From: an uncultured Gemmatimonadales bacterium
Lineage (GTDB): Bacteria; Gemmatimonadota; Gemmatimonadetes; Longimicrobiales; RSA9
NCBI GenBank assembly: GCA_963798085.1
Contig: CAWCRS010000008.1
Coordinates: 416,001-480,000, forward strand
Reading direction: 5' to 3'
Length of the DNA stretch: 64,000 bases
The stretch's first letter is position 1. Each line of letters opens with the position of its first letter. The notes below the pieces were generated by a model. The model saw only the letters and a list, made by a program, of their open reading frames with translations. It had not been told where the DNA came from and did no database searches. Positions 29,372-41,627 of this stretch are shown piece after piece. A program made the translations under genes and the position numbers.

Positions 29372-29791
29372 TTAGGACGGTGCGTGCCGCGGCAGGGCGG
29401 CCGCGGCTATGGCGCCATCCGGGCGGAAACGGGCGAATTCCACGCGACAGCCGCGTTCATCGGTCACGGCCAGCATCTCACCCGCAATGACAAAGCGATA
29501 GCCCGCCAGCTCGTGCGAGGCCGTGAACAGCACGAGGATATCGGGCGCATCCAGACGGTACATGCCACCGTCCCAGATGCTGAAGCGCTGGTCGGCCGCA
29601 CGCTGCGCCCGGTAGGTCTCCTCGAGGAACGCAATCTCTTCCGGATAGATGGCGGCACACGCCGAGCGCGTTTGCTTGCGCCAGTGGCCGCGCAGATCGG
29701 CGAGACCGATTTCACCTGCTGCGCTTTCGGTTGCCCGGTCGACGGCGCCGGACGCCAGCGGGTGCTGATTCACGGCATCACGCCCGCTCAT
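29372..29791 (-). CDS. Hypothetical protein
   Basis: Protein-like segment GHWRKQTRSACAAIYPEEIAF...FSIWDGGMY; family not recognised. Confidence 0.5.
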   Translation of the reverse strand: MSGRDAVNQHPLASGAVDRATESAAGEIGLADLRGHWRKQTRSACAAIYPEEIAFLEETYRAQRAADQRFSIWDGGMYRLDAPDILVLFTASHELAGYRFVIAGEMLAVTDERGCRVEFARFRPDGAIAAAALPRHAPS

Positions 29792-30100
29792 GCTGCCAAG
29801 ACTTCCACGTATCGTGCACTCCGCACGGGATGCCACGAGCCGACGCCCGAATGGACGCCAGTCTGGGTCAGCGGTTGCACCATCGCAGCCTGTCTGGAAT
29901 CAGAGGTCGCAGGTGAGCGGCGCGACCCCGTCCACCCGGCGGTGGGTGGTGGCGACGCGAATCTCTGCACCATGCGGTCGGTTGTCAAGCGGTTGGCCTG
30001 AGCGGAGCAAGCGGGCGCGCGCGAGGCGAGCGTGTGGCCGGCGGCAGCGGGCTTGCGTGCCGGGCCGGGCCGTACTATGTAGAAGTCAAAGGTAGGGACA

Positions 30101-30430
30101 ATGCCACCAAGAAACCTCGGCACCACCACCATTGCCGTGCTGCAGGCCGTCGCGGCCGGACAGCGCTACGGCTTCGAGATCATCGAGCGCACCGGCCTGC
30201 CCAGTGGCACGGTGTACCCGGCGCTGTCATCGCTCGAGCGGCGGGGTCTGCTGGCCGCGCGCTGGGAAGGGCAGGCGAGTGCGCGTGCCGAGGCCAGGCC
30301 GAGGCGCCGCTATTACCGTGTTACCGGTGCCGGCCAGGCGGCGCTGGATGCGGCGCTGGCGCGGCTGGAGGCGCTGGGTCTGGGTACGCCGGCGAGTCTG
30401 CGCGCCCGCCTGCGCGGGGCGCAGGGATGA
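30101..30430 (+). CDS. PadR-family transcriptional regulator
   Basis: YGFEIIERTGLPSGTVYPALSSLERRG...RRRYYRVTGAG. Confidence 0.9.
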   Translation: MPPRNLGTTTIAVLQAVAAGQRYGFEIIERTGLPSGTVYPALSSLERRGLLAARWEGQASARAEARPRRRYYRVTGAGQAALDAALARLEALGLGTPASLRARLRGAQG

Positions 30431-30509
30431 GCGGGGCGCAGCTGCGCAGGTGTGCGTACGCCCCGCCGTACACGCCGCGAGCTCGTGCGGGCGGGCGCGT
30501 AAGCACACC

Positions 30510-33161
<2,652 letters not shown>

Positions 33162-33267
33162 TCGGCGCAACGTCAACGGCACGCCGGCCGGACGTACGTT
33201 GCAGGCGACGACGTGACCTCGGCTGCGCGTGCGGTTGCTGCGCCCTGCGCGGCCGCTGACTACGGTG

Positions 33268-35961
33268 TCAGCGTTCCGTGCGCAGCGCGCTGGCCGGTGG
33301 AATGCGTGTGGCCCGGCCTGCGGGTACGAGGCACGCCAGGAACACCACCGCGAGCAGCAGCACAGTGGCGCCCGCATAGGTGAGCGGATCTGTGGGTTGC
33401 AGCTCGAAAAGCAGTGAGCCGAGGACGCGCGCGCCGGCGAGCGCCGCGCCCAGGCCCAGGGTGGCGCCGATGATGGAGGGTGCGAGTCCTTCACGAATCA
33501 CCATGCGCACCACGCGTCCGGCGCTGGCGCCCAGCGCGATGCGCACGCCGATCTCGCGCTGGCGCTGCGCCACCAGAAACGCCACCACGCCATAGAGTCC
33601 CACCGCGGCCAGCGCCACAGCCAGCGTGGCAAAGAGGGCGAGCAGCGCGAAGTAGAACGCCGGTCGCGCATTCTGCTCGTTGAAGGACTCGCTCAAGGTG
33701 CCCGCGTCACGCACCGGCATGTCGGGATCGAGCGCGTGCACCTGTGCGGGCACACTGGCGAGCGCGCTCGCCGGGTTCGCCGTGCGCAGCAGGAACGTGG
33801 GAAAGCTGGCGCCCGATTGGGCGAACGGCACGTAGACCTCGGGACTCGGCTGCTGTTTCAGATTCTCCGTGCGCACATCCTCGATCACGCCTACGATGGT
33901 GCGGGCATCGGGCTCGCGATACCCCATGGCCACACCCAGCGCCAGCGGTTTGCCGAGCGGATCCTCACCGGGAAAGAGTCGCTCCGCCAGCTTGCGATTC
34001 ACGATGGCCACGGGCAGTGCGCCGTTGCGATCCGCGGCCGTAAAGGCACGACCTGCTAACACGGCGACATCGAGTGTGCTGAAGAAGTTCTCGTCCACAA
34101 TGCGCAGTGCAGCCAATGGTGAGGTGCCCGGCTCGGGCGCAGGCCGGTCCGTGCGCCGCAGGCTGGACCAGAGCGAGCCATCGCTGAGCGGCGGGGCGAC
34201 CACGATCGCGACCTGGCGCACGCCGGGGAGCGCCTGCAGGCGCTGCTTCAGCTGATCCGCGAAGCCCACCGCCTGATCCGGGTTCGGATATTTCGCCTGT
34301 GACAGCGTGATGGAGAACCGTGCAATCCCGTCCACGGCAAAGCCCGGGTCGATGCGCTGCATGGCGGCAAAGCTGCGCAGCAGCAGGCCGGCGCCCACTA
34401 ACAGCATGAGCGAGAGCGCCACTTCCGCAATCAGCAGCAGCCCTCGACCGAAGCCCCGCCGGCTGCCGGCCGTGCGCCCGCTGTGCTCGCGCAACGTGCC
34501 CGCCACCAATGCGCGCGCCAGCTGCAGCGCGGGCACGAAGCCGAAAAGGAACGCGGTGAGAACGGTGAGGCCCACCGCGAACAGCAGCGCCGTGCCGTGC
34601 AGCCCGACCTCGCCGAGGCGGGGAATGTCATTGCGCGCGAGCAGCGGCAACGCGCGAATACCCACGCCGGCCAGGGCAATGCCGAGGGCGCCGCCGCACC
34701 CGGCCAGCACCAGGCTCTCGGTCAGCAGCTGCGCGATAATGCGCCGCCGTCCGGCGCCCAGCGCCACGCGCACCGCCAGCTCATCGCCGCGCCCGGCGCC
34801 GCGCGCGATCAGCAGGTTGGCCACATTGGCGCACGCAATCAGCAGCACCATGCCGACCGCGCCCAGCAGCACGAGCAGGGCGGCGCGCACGTCACCCACC
34901 ATCGTCTCCTGCAGTCCATCCAGTCCAATGCCACGATTCTTCACGGCGGAATACTCCGCGGAAAGGTGATCCGCGAGTGTGTGCATTTCCAGCTGCGCGT
35001 GGGCCAGCGTGATGCCGGGCGCGAGCCGGCCCACCGCATTGAGGTATACGCAGCCACGGCCGCAATTCTGGTCGTTGTTGCGCACGGCGAGCCAGAGACG
35101 CGCGTGCGACGGGTAGTCGAAGCCGCGCGGCGCCACCCCCACAATGGTGTGCTCCCGGCCGTTCAACTGGAGGGTGTGGCCCACCGCACTGCGGTCGCCA
35201 CCCAGCCGCTGCTGCCAGAACGCCCACGACACGACCACTCCTAACGGGCCGTTGGGAAGATCCTCCCGGTCGTTCAGCGCCCGGCCCAGCACGGGCTCGG
35301 CGCGGAAGACGCGGAAGAAGTCGGGCGTCACAATGGCGGCCTGCACGACTTCCGGCTCGCCCATTCCCGTCAGCGTGGGATTCTGTTCGGAGAACGCGGC
35401 CATCGACTCCAACGACTTCGCGGCTGCCTGCCAGTCCTTGAACACCACCGGCGAGACTGCGCCTCCCACCGGCGGCTGCGGATTGCGCCGATCGGTTTCC
35501 CACAGCAGCACCAGCCGGCTCGCATCGTCGTAGGGCAGGGAACGCAGCAGCACGCCTTCGACCACACTCCAGATGGCGGTGGTCGCGCCAATGCCCAGCG
35601 CCAGAGTCAGCACGGCAATGGCGGTGAAGCCGGGGCGGCGCCGCAGCGAGCGCAGCGCGAATCGCACGTCGTGGCGCAATGCATCCATGAATCGCTCTCC
35701 AGGCCGGCGCCGCGCTGACGCGGCGCTATCAATACCGAAGGGGCGAGGAAACGCGTCGCTCCAGCGTTCGCGCAGACCGCTGCGCAACACATCCAGGAAC
35801 CAGAGCCCGCTCACCCAGGCGACCGACCACCCGCCCCGTCTCGACGCGGCACGGATGTCATCCTGGAACAGCTGCTCCATCTCCACGCGGAAGCGCTGCC
35901 GCATGGCTGCGGGCTGCGCGTACAGCGCGAGGCGGAAGAGCGTGCGGGGCAGTGCGGGCAT
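33268..35961 (-). CDS. ADOP-family duplicated ABC permease
   Basis: HDVRFALRSLRRRPGF, LLIACANVANL, QREIGVRIALGA, PASALRTE. Confidence 0.92.
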   Translation of the reverse strand: MPALPRTLFRLALYAQPAAMRQRFRVEMEQLFQDDIRAASRRGGWSVAWVSGLWFLDVLRSGLRERWSDAFPRPFGIDSAASARRRPGERFMDALRHDVRFALRSLRRRPGFTAIAVLTLALGIGATTAIWSVVEGVLLRSLPYDDASRLVLLWETDRRNPQPPVGGAVSPVVFKDWQAAAKSLESMAAFSEQNPTLTGMGEPEVVQAAIVTPDFFRVFRAEPVLGRALNDREDLPNGPLGVVVSWAFWQQRLGGDRSAVGHTLQLNGREHTIVGVAPRGFDYPSHARLWLAVRNNDQNCGRGCVYLNAVGRLAPGITLAHAQLEMHTLADHLSAEYSAVKNRGIGLDGLQETMVGDVRAALLVLLGAVGMVLLIACANVANLLIARGAGRGDELAVRVALGAGRRRIIAQLLTESLVLAGCGGALGIALAGVGIRALPLLARNDIPRLGEVGLHGTALLFAVGLTVLTAFLFGFVPALQLARALVAGTLREHSGRTAGSRRGFGRGLLLIAEVALSLMLLVGAGLLLRSFAAMQRIDPGFAVDGIARFSITLSQAKYPNPDQAVGFADQLKQRLQALPGVRQVAIVVAPPLSDGSLWSSLRRTDRPAPEPGTSPLAALRIVDENFFSTLDVAVLAGRAFTAADRNGALPVAIVNRKLAERLFPGEDPLGKPLALGVAMGYREPDARTIVGVIEDVRTENLKQQPSPEVYVPFAQSGASFPTFLLRTANPASALASVPAQVHALDPDMPVRDAGTLSESFNEQNARPAFYFALLALFATLAVALAAVGLYGVVAFLVAQRQREIGVRIALGASAGRVVRMVIREGLAPSIIGATLGLGAALAGARVLGSLLFELQPTDPLTYAGATVLLLAVVFLACLVPAGRATRIPPASALRTER

Positions 35962-35973
35962 GTGTGAGCCGCG

Positions 35974-36297
35974 TCAGGTGGGGCGGGTACGGCGGGCCAG
36001 CCGGTACCGGCGGGCCCAGGCAATGTCCTGCTCCAGCTGCTCGACTTCGCGCGCCACCTCGGCCCGGCCGCCGGCCGTCACGCGGTAGAAGCGGCGCACA
36101 TCCGTGCCGCTCTCCGTCACCTCATCGATCCAGCCGCGCGCCAGCAGCCGCCGGATCAATGTGTAGAGCGTGCCCGGCCCCAGGTGCACCGCGCCCTGCG
36201 TGCGCTCCGCCACCGCGTCGCGGATGGCAGCGCCGTGCATGGCGCCGGCGAGCAGGGCCAGCAGGATCTGGAATTCGGAGACGGGCAGTCGTTCCAT
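35974..36297 (-). CDS. PadR-family transcriptional regulator
   Basis: FQILLALLAGAMHGAAI, LGPGTLYTLIRRL, RRFYRVTAGG. Confidence 0.9.
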   Translation of the reverse strand: MERLPVSEFQILLALLAGAMHGAAIRDAVAERTQGAVHLGPGTLYTLIRRLLARGWIDEVTESGTDVRRFYRVTAGGRAEVAREVEQLEQDIAWARRYRLARRTRPT

Positions 36298-36310
36298 GGG
36301 TGGGGTCCTG

Positions 36311-36342
36311 GTTATCGACGGTCGTTATCGACCGTCGATAAC
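36311..36342. promoter_or_regulatory. Perfect 14-bp inverted repeat, putative PadR operator
   Basis: GTTATCGACGGTCG-TTAT-CGACCGTCGATAAC, 13 nt upstream of the padR start. Confidence 0.7.
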
Positions 36343-36399
36343 TAACGGAACCCGACCCGTGCGGCAACCGCGGCGGGACGGACGGCGCGCGCGCCGGGT

Positions 36400-38022
36400 T
36401 CAGTCACGGCTGCTGGCGGGCGCCGCAGCCTCGCCCAGCGCCCAGCTGTAGAAAGCGCGTACATCGGTGGTGAGCTGCTGCCGTGCCGACTTCTCAATGT
36501 ACATCATGTGTCCGGCGGGATAGTAGGTCAGGCGGACGCGGTCGAGCAGCTTCGGGTCGCCGCCCAGGTGCGCGAACGTGTACTCGGTGGCGCCGAAGGG
36601 CGTGGCCATGTCGAACCAGCCGTTGGCGACGAGCACGTGCAGGTGGGGGTTCTGCGTCATGGCGGCGCGCAGGCGTTCGGCCACGTTGATGCTGTTGAGG
36701 TTGGTGTAGCCGGCGGAATCCCCGCCCCAGTTCCAGGGCTGCACGCGCCCGCCCAGCAGCTCGTAGGTGAGATCGTTGTGGTAGCCCAGCTCGTCGCGCA
36801 CGTAGTTGTTGAGCACGGCCGAGAACGGACCCTGGATGGCGGCGTAGCTGGGATCGTACTCGGGGCCTTCGCCGGCCATGTCGCGGTCGCGGCCGAGGAA
36901 GCGGGCATCGAGGCGGCCAATGGTGTGACCGTCGGCGCGCTCCAGCTCCTTGAAGAAGTGGGTGTCCGTGACGCGCAGGTCGGATTCCTCGAGGAAGCTC
37001 TCGCTGAGACCGGTGAAGCGCGCGAGCTGCGCCCTGATGCGCTGGCGCTCTGCAGCGGGCAGTCGGCTGCCCATCATGAGTGCGTGATTGTAGTCGCCCA
37101 TCGCGAAGGCGCGCGCCTGCTGCACGGCGGCCTCGAGTCCGGCGCTCTGCAGTTCGGCGGGCAGTTTCTTGTGATACCACGCGACCGCCGTGTACGAGGG
37201 CAGGTAGAGTGCATACGGGAGGTCGTGTCCGACGGCGAACTCGAGTGTTTTCAGGTCCAGCACGGACGAGATGAGCGTGATGCCGGTGACGTACATGCCG
37301 TGGCGCTGCTGCAGGTAGTTGCCCACGCCGGCGGAGCGGAAGGTGCCGTAACTCTCGCCCGCGAGGAACTTGGGCGAGGGCCAGCGCTGGTAGCGCGTGG
37401 TGTAGAGGCGAATGAAGTCGCCGACGGAAGCGATGTCCTCCTCGATGCCCGTGAACTGGCTCTTGTCCTGACCGGCCGCCGGGCGGGAATAGCCTGTTAG
37501 GACGGGGTCGATGAAGACGAGGTCCGTGAAATCCAGCCAGGTGTCGGTGTTGTCGACGAGCCGGTACGGTGCGGGCAATGCGTCGCCTTCATCCGACAGG
37601 AGTACGCGACGCGGCCCGAGCGCGCCCATGTGCAGCCACACGGAGGATGATCCGGGACCGCCGTTGTAGGCGAAGGTAATGGGTCGGTGCGCGGCGTCGG
37701 CGACGCCATCCAGCGTATACGCCACGAAGAAGATGCTGGCGCGCAGCTTTCCATCCTCGTCCTTCATGGGCAGCACGCCGGCCCGCGAGGTGTAGCGCAG
37801 AACACGGCCGTTGAGAGTGATCTGGCGGTGTCCTTCGACAATGGTGGTGTCGGCGGGCGAGGCGGCCGGCGTCGCGGCCGGCGCAGGCGGCGCCTTCTGC
37901 TGTTGCGCGGCGGCGCTGCCGGCGAGCGTGGCGAGGGCGAGCAGCCAGGCGCCGGCGTGCCGCGTCCGGCGATGGCGGCGGGCGACTGCGTGCGGGGTGG
38001 ACGCGATGCGGTGGTCGTTCAT
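36400..38022 (-). CDS. Peptidase S10 serine carboxypeptidase
   Basis: FAYNGGPGSSS, DLVFIDPVLTGYS, LAGESYGTFR, YYPAGHMMY. Confidence 0.92.
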   Translation of the reverse strand: MNDHRIASTPHAVARRHRRTRHAGAWLLALATLAGSAAAQQQKAPPAPAATPAASPADTTIVEGHRQITLNGRVLRYTSRAGVLPMKDEDGKLRASIFFVAYTLDGVADAAHRPITFAYNGGPGSSSVWLHMGALGPRRVLLSDEGDALPAPYRLVDNTDTWLDFTDLVFIDPVLTGYSRPAAGQDKSQFTGIEEDIASVGDFIRLYTTRYQRWPSPKFLAGESYGTFRSAGVGNYLQQRHGMYVTGITLISSVLDLKTLEFAVGHDLPYALYLPSYTAVAWYHKKLPAELQSAGLEAAVQQARAFAMGDYNHALMMGSRLPAAERQRIRAQLARFTGLSESFLEESDLRVTDTHFFKELERADGHTIGRLDARFLGRDRDMAGEGPEYDPSYAAIQGPFSAVLNNYVRDELGYHNDLTYELLGGRVQPWNWGGDSAGYTNLNSINVAERLRAAMTQNPHLHVLVANGWFDMATPFGATEYTFAHLGGDPKLLDRVRLTYYPAGHMMYIEKSARQQLTTDVRAFYSWALGEAAAPASSRD

Positions 38023-38359
38023 GAGCCGTCTCCATTCGGGCGCGCGGCGACGTGCCGGCGCGGGCTGCGGCGAGCACAGCGGGCAAGATCGTGGCGCGCA
38101 CGCCGCTGAACAAGTCGGCGCGCAGTAACGGGAAGGGCGTCCATCCCGCGCCGGCATCGGCTCACCAGACGGGCCGGCGAGGAGGCGATCATGATGGCCA
38201 TTGTTCCCCGCGCGGCGGCGGGTGCGCGCAGGCGGGCCAGGTCGGGCGCACCGTGCGCGGCGCCTGCGGACCGTGTACCTTGGCGGCGGCATTCGCAGTG
38301 AGCCGGCAGGGACGGAGCTGCTGCGAGAACCGGCCGCACCAATCGTCGGGAGACTGCGC

Positions 38360-40619
38360 ATGCGTTTCGCCATCCTGCTTGTTTCGGCGTGGGCCGGCAT
38401 GGCCGTGCCCGTCCGAGCGGTTGCACACGAATTGCCCGTCCCGTCGTCCGTTGCCATGGACACGCTGCGCGGGCGGGTCAGCGACGCGCAGGGTCAGCCG
38501 GTCGCAGGCGCGCGCGTCACGCTCATCGAGCTGAGTGGTGCGGCCGTCACCAATGCGCAGGGCACATTCGCGTTCTCCGTGCCGCGGGGGCGCTACACGC
38601 TGGTCGTGGAGCGTGCCGGATACGGCTCGGCCACACAGACCGTCACCGTGCCTGCGTCGAGTGTCGAGCTGACGCTGAGCACGAGTCCGCTGCGGCTGGA
38701 TCCGGTGAACATCACCGCGACGCGTTCGCCAGCCGGCGCGGGTAACTCGCCGCTGCCGGTCACGATCATGGGGGAAGATCGGCTGCGCCGCGAACACAGT
38801 GTGTCACTGGCGCGCGCGGTTTCCCGACTCGCGGGTGTGCACGCGGTGAGCACGGGCGAACAGATCGGCAAGCCCATGCTGCGCGGACTTTCGGGCCCGC
38901 GTGTCCTGGTGCTGGAGAACGGGCACCGGCTGGAGGACTACTCGTGGAGCGATGAGGATGGGCCCTCGGTGGAGTCGCGGCTGGAGCAGCGCATCGAGGT
39001 CATTCGCGGACCGGCCAGCGTGCTCTACGGCTCGGATGCCATCGGCGGCGTGATCAATGCACTGCCGCCGGCGTTGCCGGATGCGACGGCGCGTGGTTCC
39101 TTCAGTCGCGCCGACGCCGAGGTGTATGGCGCCTCCAACAACACGGAAGTGGGCACCGCGCTGCGCTACGAGGGTGCCTCGGGCAGCCTGGGCTGGCGCG
39201 GCTTCCTGGTGGGCCGTTTCGCGGAAGATCTGAAAACGCCGGCGGGAAAACTCGATAACACGGGGTTTGGCGCCTTCAATGGCGAACTGATGGTGGGCAA
39301 GCGCTCGCGCGCGGGCACCTCCACCCTGCGCTACTCACGCTACGCCGGCGAATTCAAGCTGCTGGAAGCGAGCGGACCGCCGCCGGGGACGCAGCAGGCG
39401 GAAGAGGAAGGCGGGCCGGAGCGCAAGCTGGCCGACGATCGCCTGCAGTATGACGGCAACTATCTGATCGGGCGCTATCGACTGGAGACCAAGGCGCAGG
39501 CGCAGCGACACTTCATTGCGGAAGTGTCCGATGATCTGTCCCAGGGCGGGAACACGATCGAGACGGAGGTCTTCAACCTGGTGCTCGGCACCTACACGGC
39601 CGACGTGCTGCTGCACCACGCCAGCGATCGCCTGGCGGGTACCGTGGGCGTTTCCGGCTTCTACCAGAACAACGACACGCGCGGACTGGTGCCACTGGTG
39701 CCGGACGCGCGCACCGGCTCGGTCGCCGGTTTCGCCTTCGAGCAGTGGACCATGGGCCGGCTGAGCCTGCTGGGGGGCGGCCGGGTCGAGCACCGCAACG
39801 TGGACGCCGCTGCAAACACCACGTTAGCGCTGACGGCACAGAAGCGCGCCTACAACGTGGGCGTGGCCAATGGCGGCGCGGTGCTGCGCGTGACGCCGGC
39901 GGTGGCGCTGACGGGCAACGTGGGCCGTGCCTGGCGCGCGCCCAATCTGTTCGAGATGTTCGCCAACGGCCCCCGCCTGGGTGAGGCGAGGTACGAGGTC
40001 GGCGATCCCCGCATGACGCCGGAAACCAGTCTGAATCTGGATGGCGGCATCCGGGTCGAGAGCGGCAATGTGCGCGGCGAGCTGTCCGCCTACCACAACA
40101 GGATCAACGACTTCATCTACGTGACGCCCACCTCGCAGTTCATCGATGGCCTGCGCGTCTTCCGCTACCTGCAGGGTGACGCCACGCTGGTGGGCGGTGA
40201 AGCCTCGCTCGAGGTGCAGCCGATACCGGAACTGACACTGCGCGGCCGCTACGATCGCGTGCGCGGCGACAATGACCAGACCGGCGAGCCGCTGCCGCTG
40301 ATCCCGCCCATCTACGGCGGGCTGGAAGCCGAGGTGCGGCCGCAACTGAGCTGGGCGGCGCAGCCCTACTTCGGGGTGGAGTCCGGAGATGGTGGCGGAC
40401 AAGACACGCATTGCCACCGACGAGGAGGAACTCGGCGGCTACACGCTATTGCACTTCGAAGCCGGCGCTGCGTTCCAGGTCGGGCCTCGCCAGCTGCGCG
40501 TGGATCTGCGCCTGCGCAACGCCACCAACCGGCAGTACCGCAATTTCCTGAGCCGCTACAAGGAGTTTGCCGACGATCCGGGCCGCAACATCGTGGTCCG
40601 TCTCTCGATCGGCCATTGA
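38360..40619 (+). CDS. TonB-dependent receptor, frameshifted near 40384
   Basis: Signal peptide, carboxypeptidase-regulatory-like domain, GKPMLRGL, IEVIRGPASVLYGSDAIGGVIN. The terminal strands (NATNRQY...PGRNIVVRL) are in another frame (40389..40619). Confidence 0.85.
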
Positions 40620-40715
40620 CGACGTGCGCAGCCCGCCCCGTTCACGACGGCGGCAGCGGGCTGCGCCGGCGCCGCCCGATGATCGAGTCACGAGTCACGC
40701 GGAGGTGCGCGCGCG

Positions 40716-41603
40716 ATGGTTGATGGGTGGCTGGGGAGGGCGAAGGATCAGCTGCTGCACGGCCGCTGGCTGACGGAGTTCACGGAACGGGCGCGGTTCG
40801 AGCTGCTGCATCCGCCCGACGGTCCCGTGATCGACGTGCACGCGATGGCCGGCGCGGGCGCGGCGGCTGTGCATGACGCGCTGCTCGCGCACTATCCCCG
40901 CTCCTCCATCTATCACACCTGTTATCTCAGCCAGCCCACCATTCGTGAATTCCATGAGCGCTACGCCCGCCTGCACGAGAACACGCACGGCGCCAGCGGT
41001 CTGGACGAGGAATTCCTCGCGGCGCGTTATCTGGCCGGCGCGCTGCACCGCGGTGTGCGCGCGAAATGGCGGGTTGTCACTCTCGTGCGCGAGCCCGTGA
41101 CGCGGACCATCGCGGCGTTCTTCCGGCGGTTCCCGCTCAACCATCCCGGGCTGGATGCGCATTTCCATGAGGATCCGGACAATGCGGGGAGGCTCATCGA
41201 GCTGTTCCTCGATCCCGGCGAGCAGGAGCGGCAGGTGATCTCCGAGTGGTTCGATCGCGAGGTGAAGGCGACCCTGGACATCGAGGTGTTCGCCTCGCCG
41301 TTCCCCGTCGCCGACGGCTGTGCGACCTTCCATTCGGCCGTGTGCGACCTGCTGCTGCTGCGTTACAAGGACCTGGGGACGCGCGGCGGCGAAGCGCTGC
41401 GCCGCTTTCTGGGCGCCGAGGCGCTGGAGGTTACGACCGCGGCCGGCGACGTGGAGCCCTGGGCGGAAGCACGCGAGCGCTTCGAGGCGGAAATCCAGCT
41501 GCCCCCGGCCTGGCTCGATGCCCTGCTGGAGTCACATTTTGCCCGCCACTTCTACACACCGGACGAACGCGCCGCATTCCGGGCGCACTGGTCCCGCGAC
41601 TGA
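40716..41603 (+). CDS. Putative capsular polysaccharide synthesis (NKWYS, sulfotransferase-like) protein
   Basis: VVTLVREPVTRTIAAFF, WFDREVK, DIEVFASPFP, HFYTPDE. Confidence 0.65.
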   Translation: MVDGWLGRAKDQLLHGRWLTEFTERARFELLHPPDGPVIDVHAMAGAGAAAVHDALLAHYPRSSIYHTCYLSQPTIREFHERYARLHENTHGASGLDEEFLAARYLAGALHRGVRAKWRVVTLVREPVTRTIAAFFRRFPLNHPGLDAHFHEDPDNAGRLIELFLDPGEQERQVISEWFDREVKATLDIEVFASPFPVADGCATFHSAVCDLLLLRYKDLGTRGGEALRRFLGAEALEVTTAAGDVEPWAEARERFEAEIQLPPAWLDALLESHFARHFYTPDERAAFRAHWSRD

Positions 41604-41627
41604 TTCCTGACATGGCGTTAGTACAGC

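Noticed and set aside
30072..30096. Operator upstream of the first padR (CTATGTAGAAGTCAAAGGTAG)
   Set aside because: AT-rich and suggestive, but the symmetry is too weak to call.
38052..38534. Cys/His-rich ORF before the TonB receptor (possible DUF2946/CruR-like metal-sensing leader)
   Set aside because: It overlaps the receptor start by about 175 nt and has no RAPP-like end, no TM segment and no RBS; probably a chance frame.
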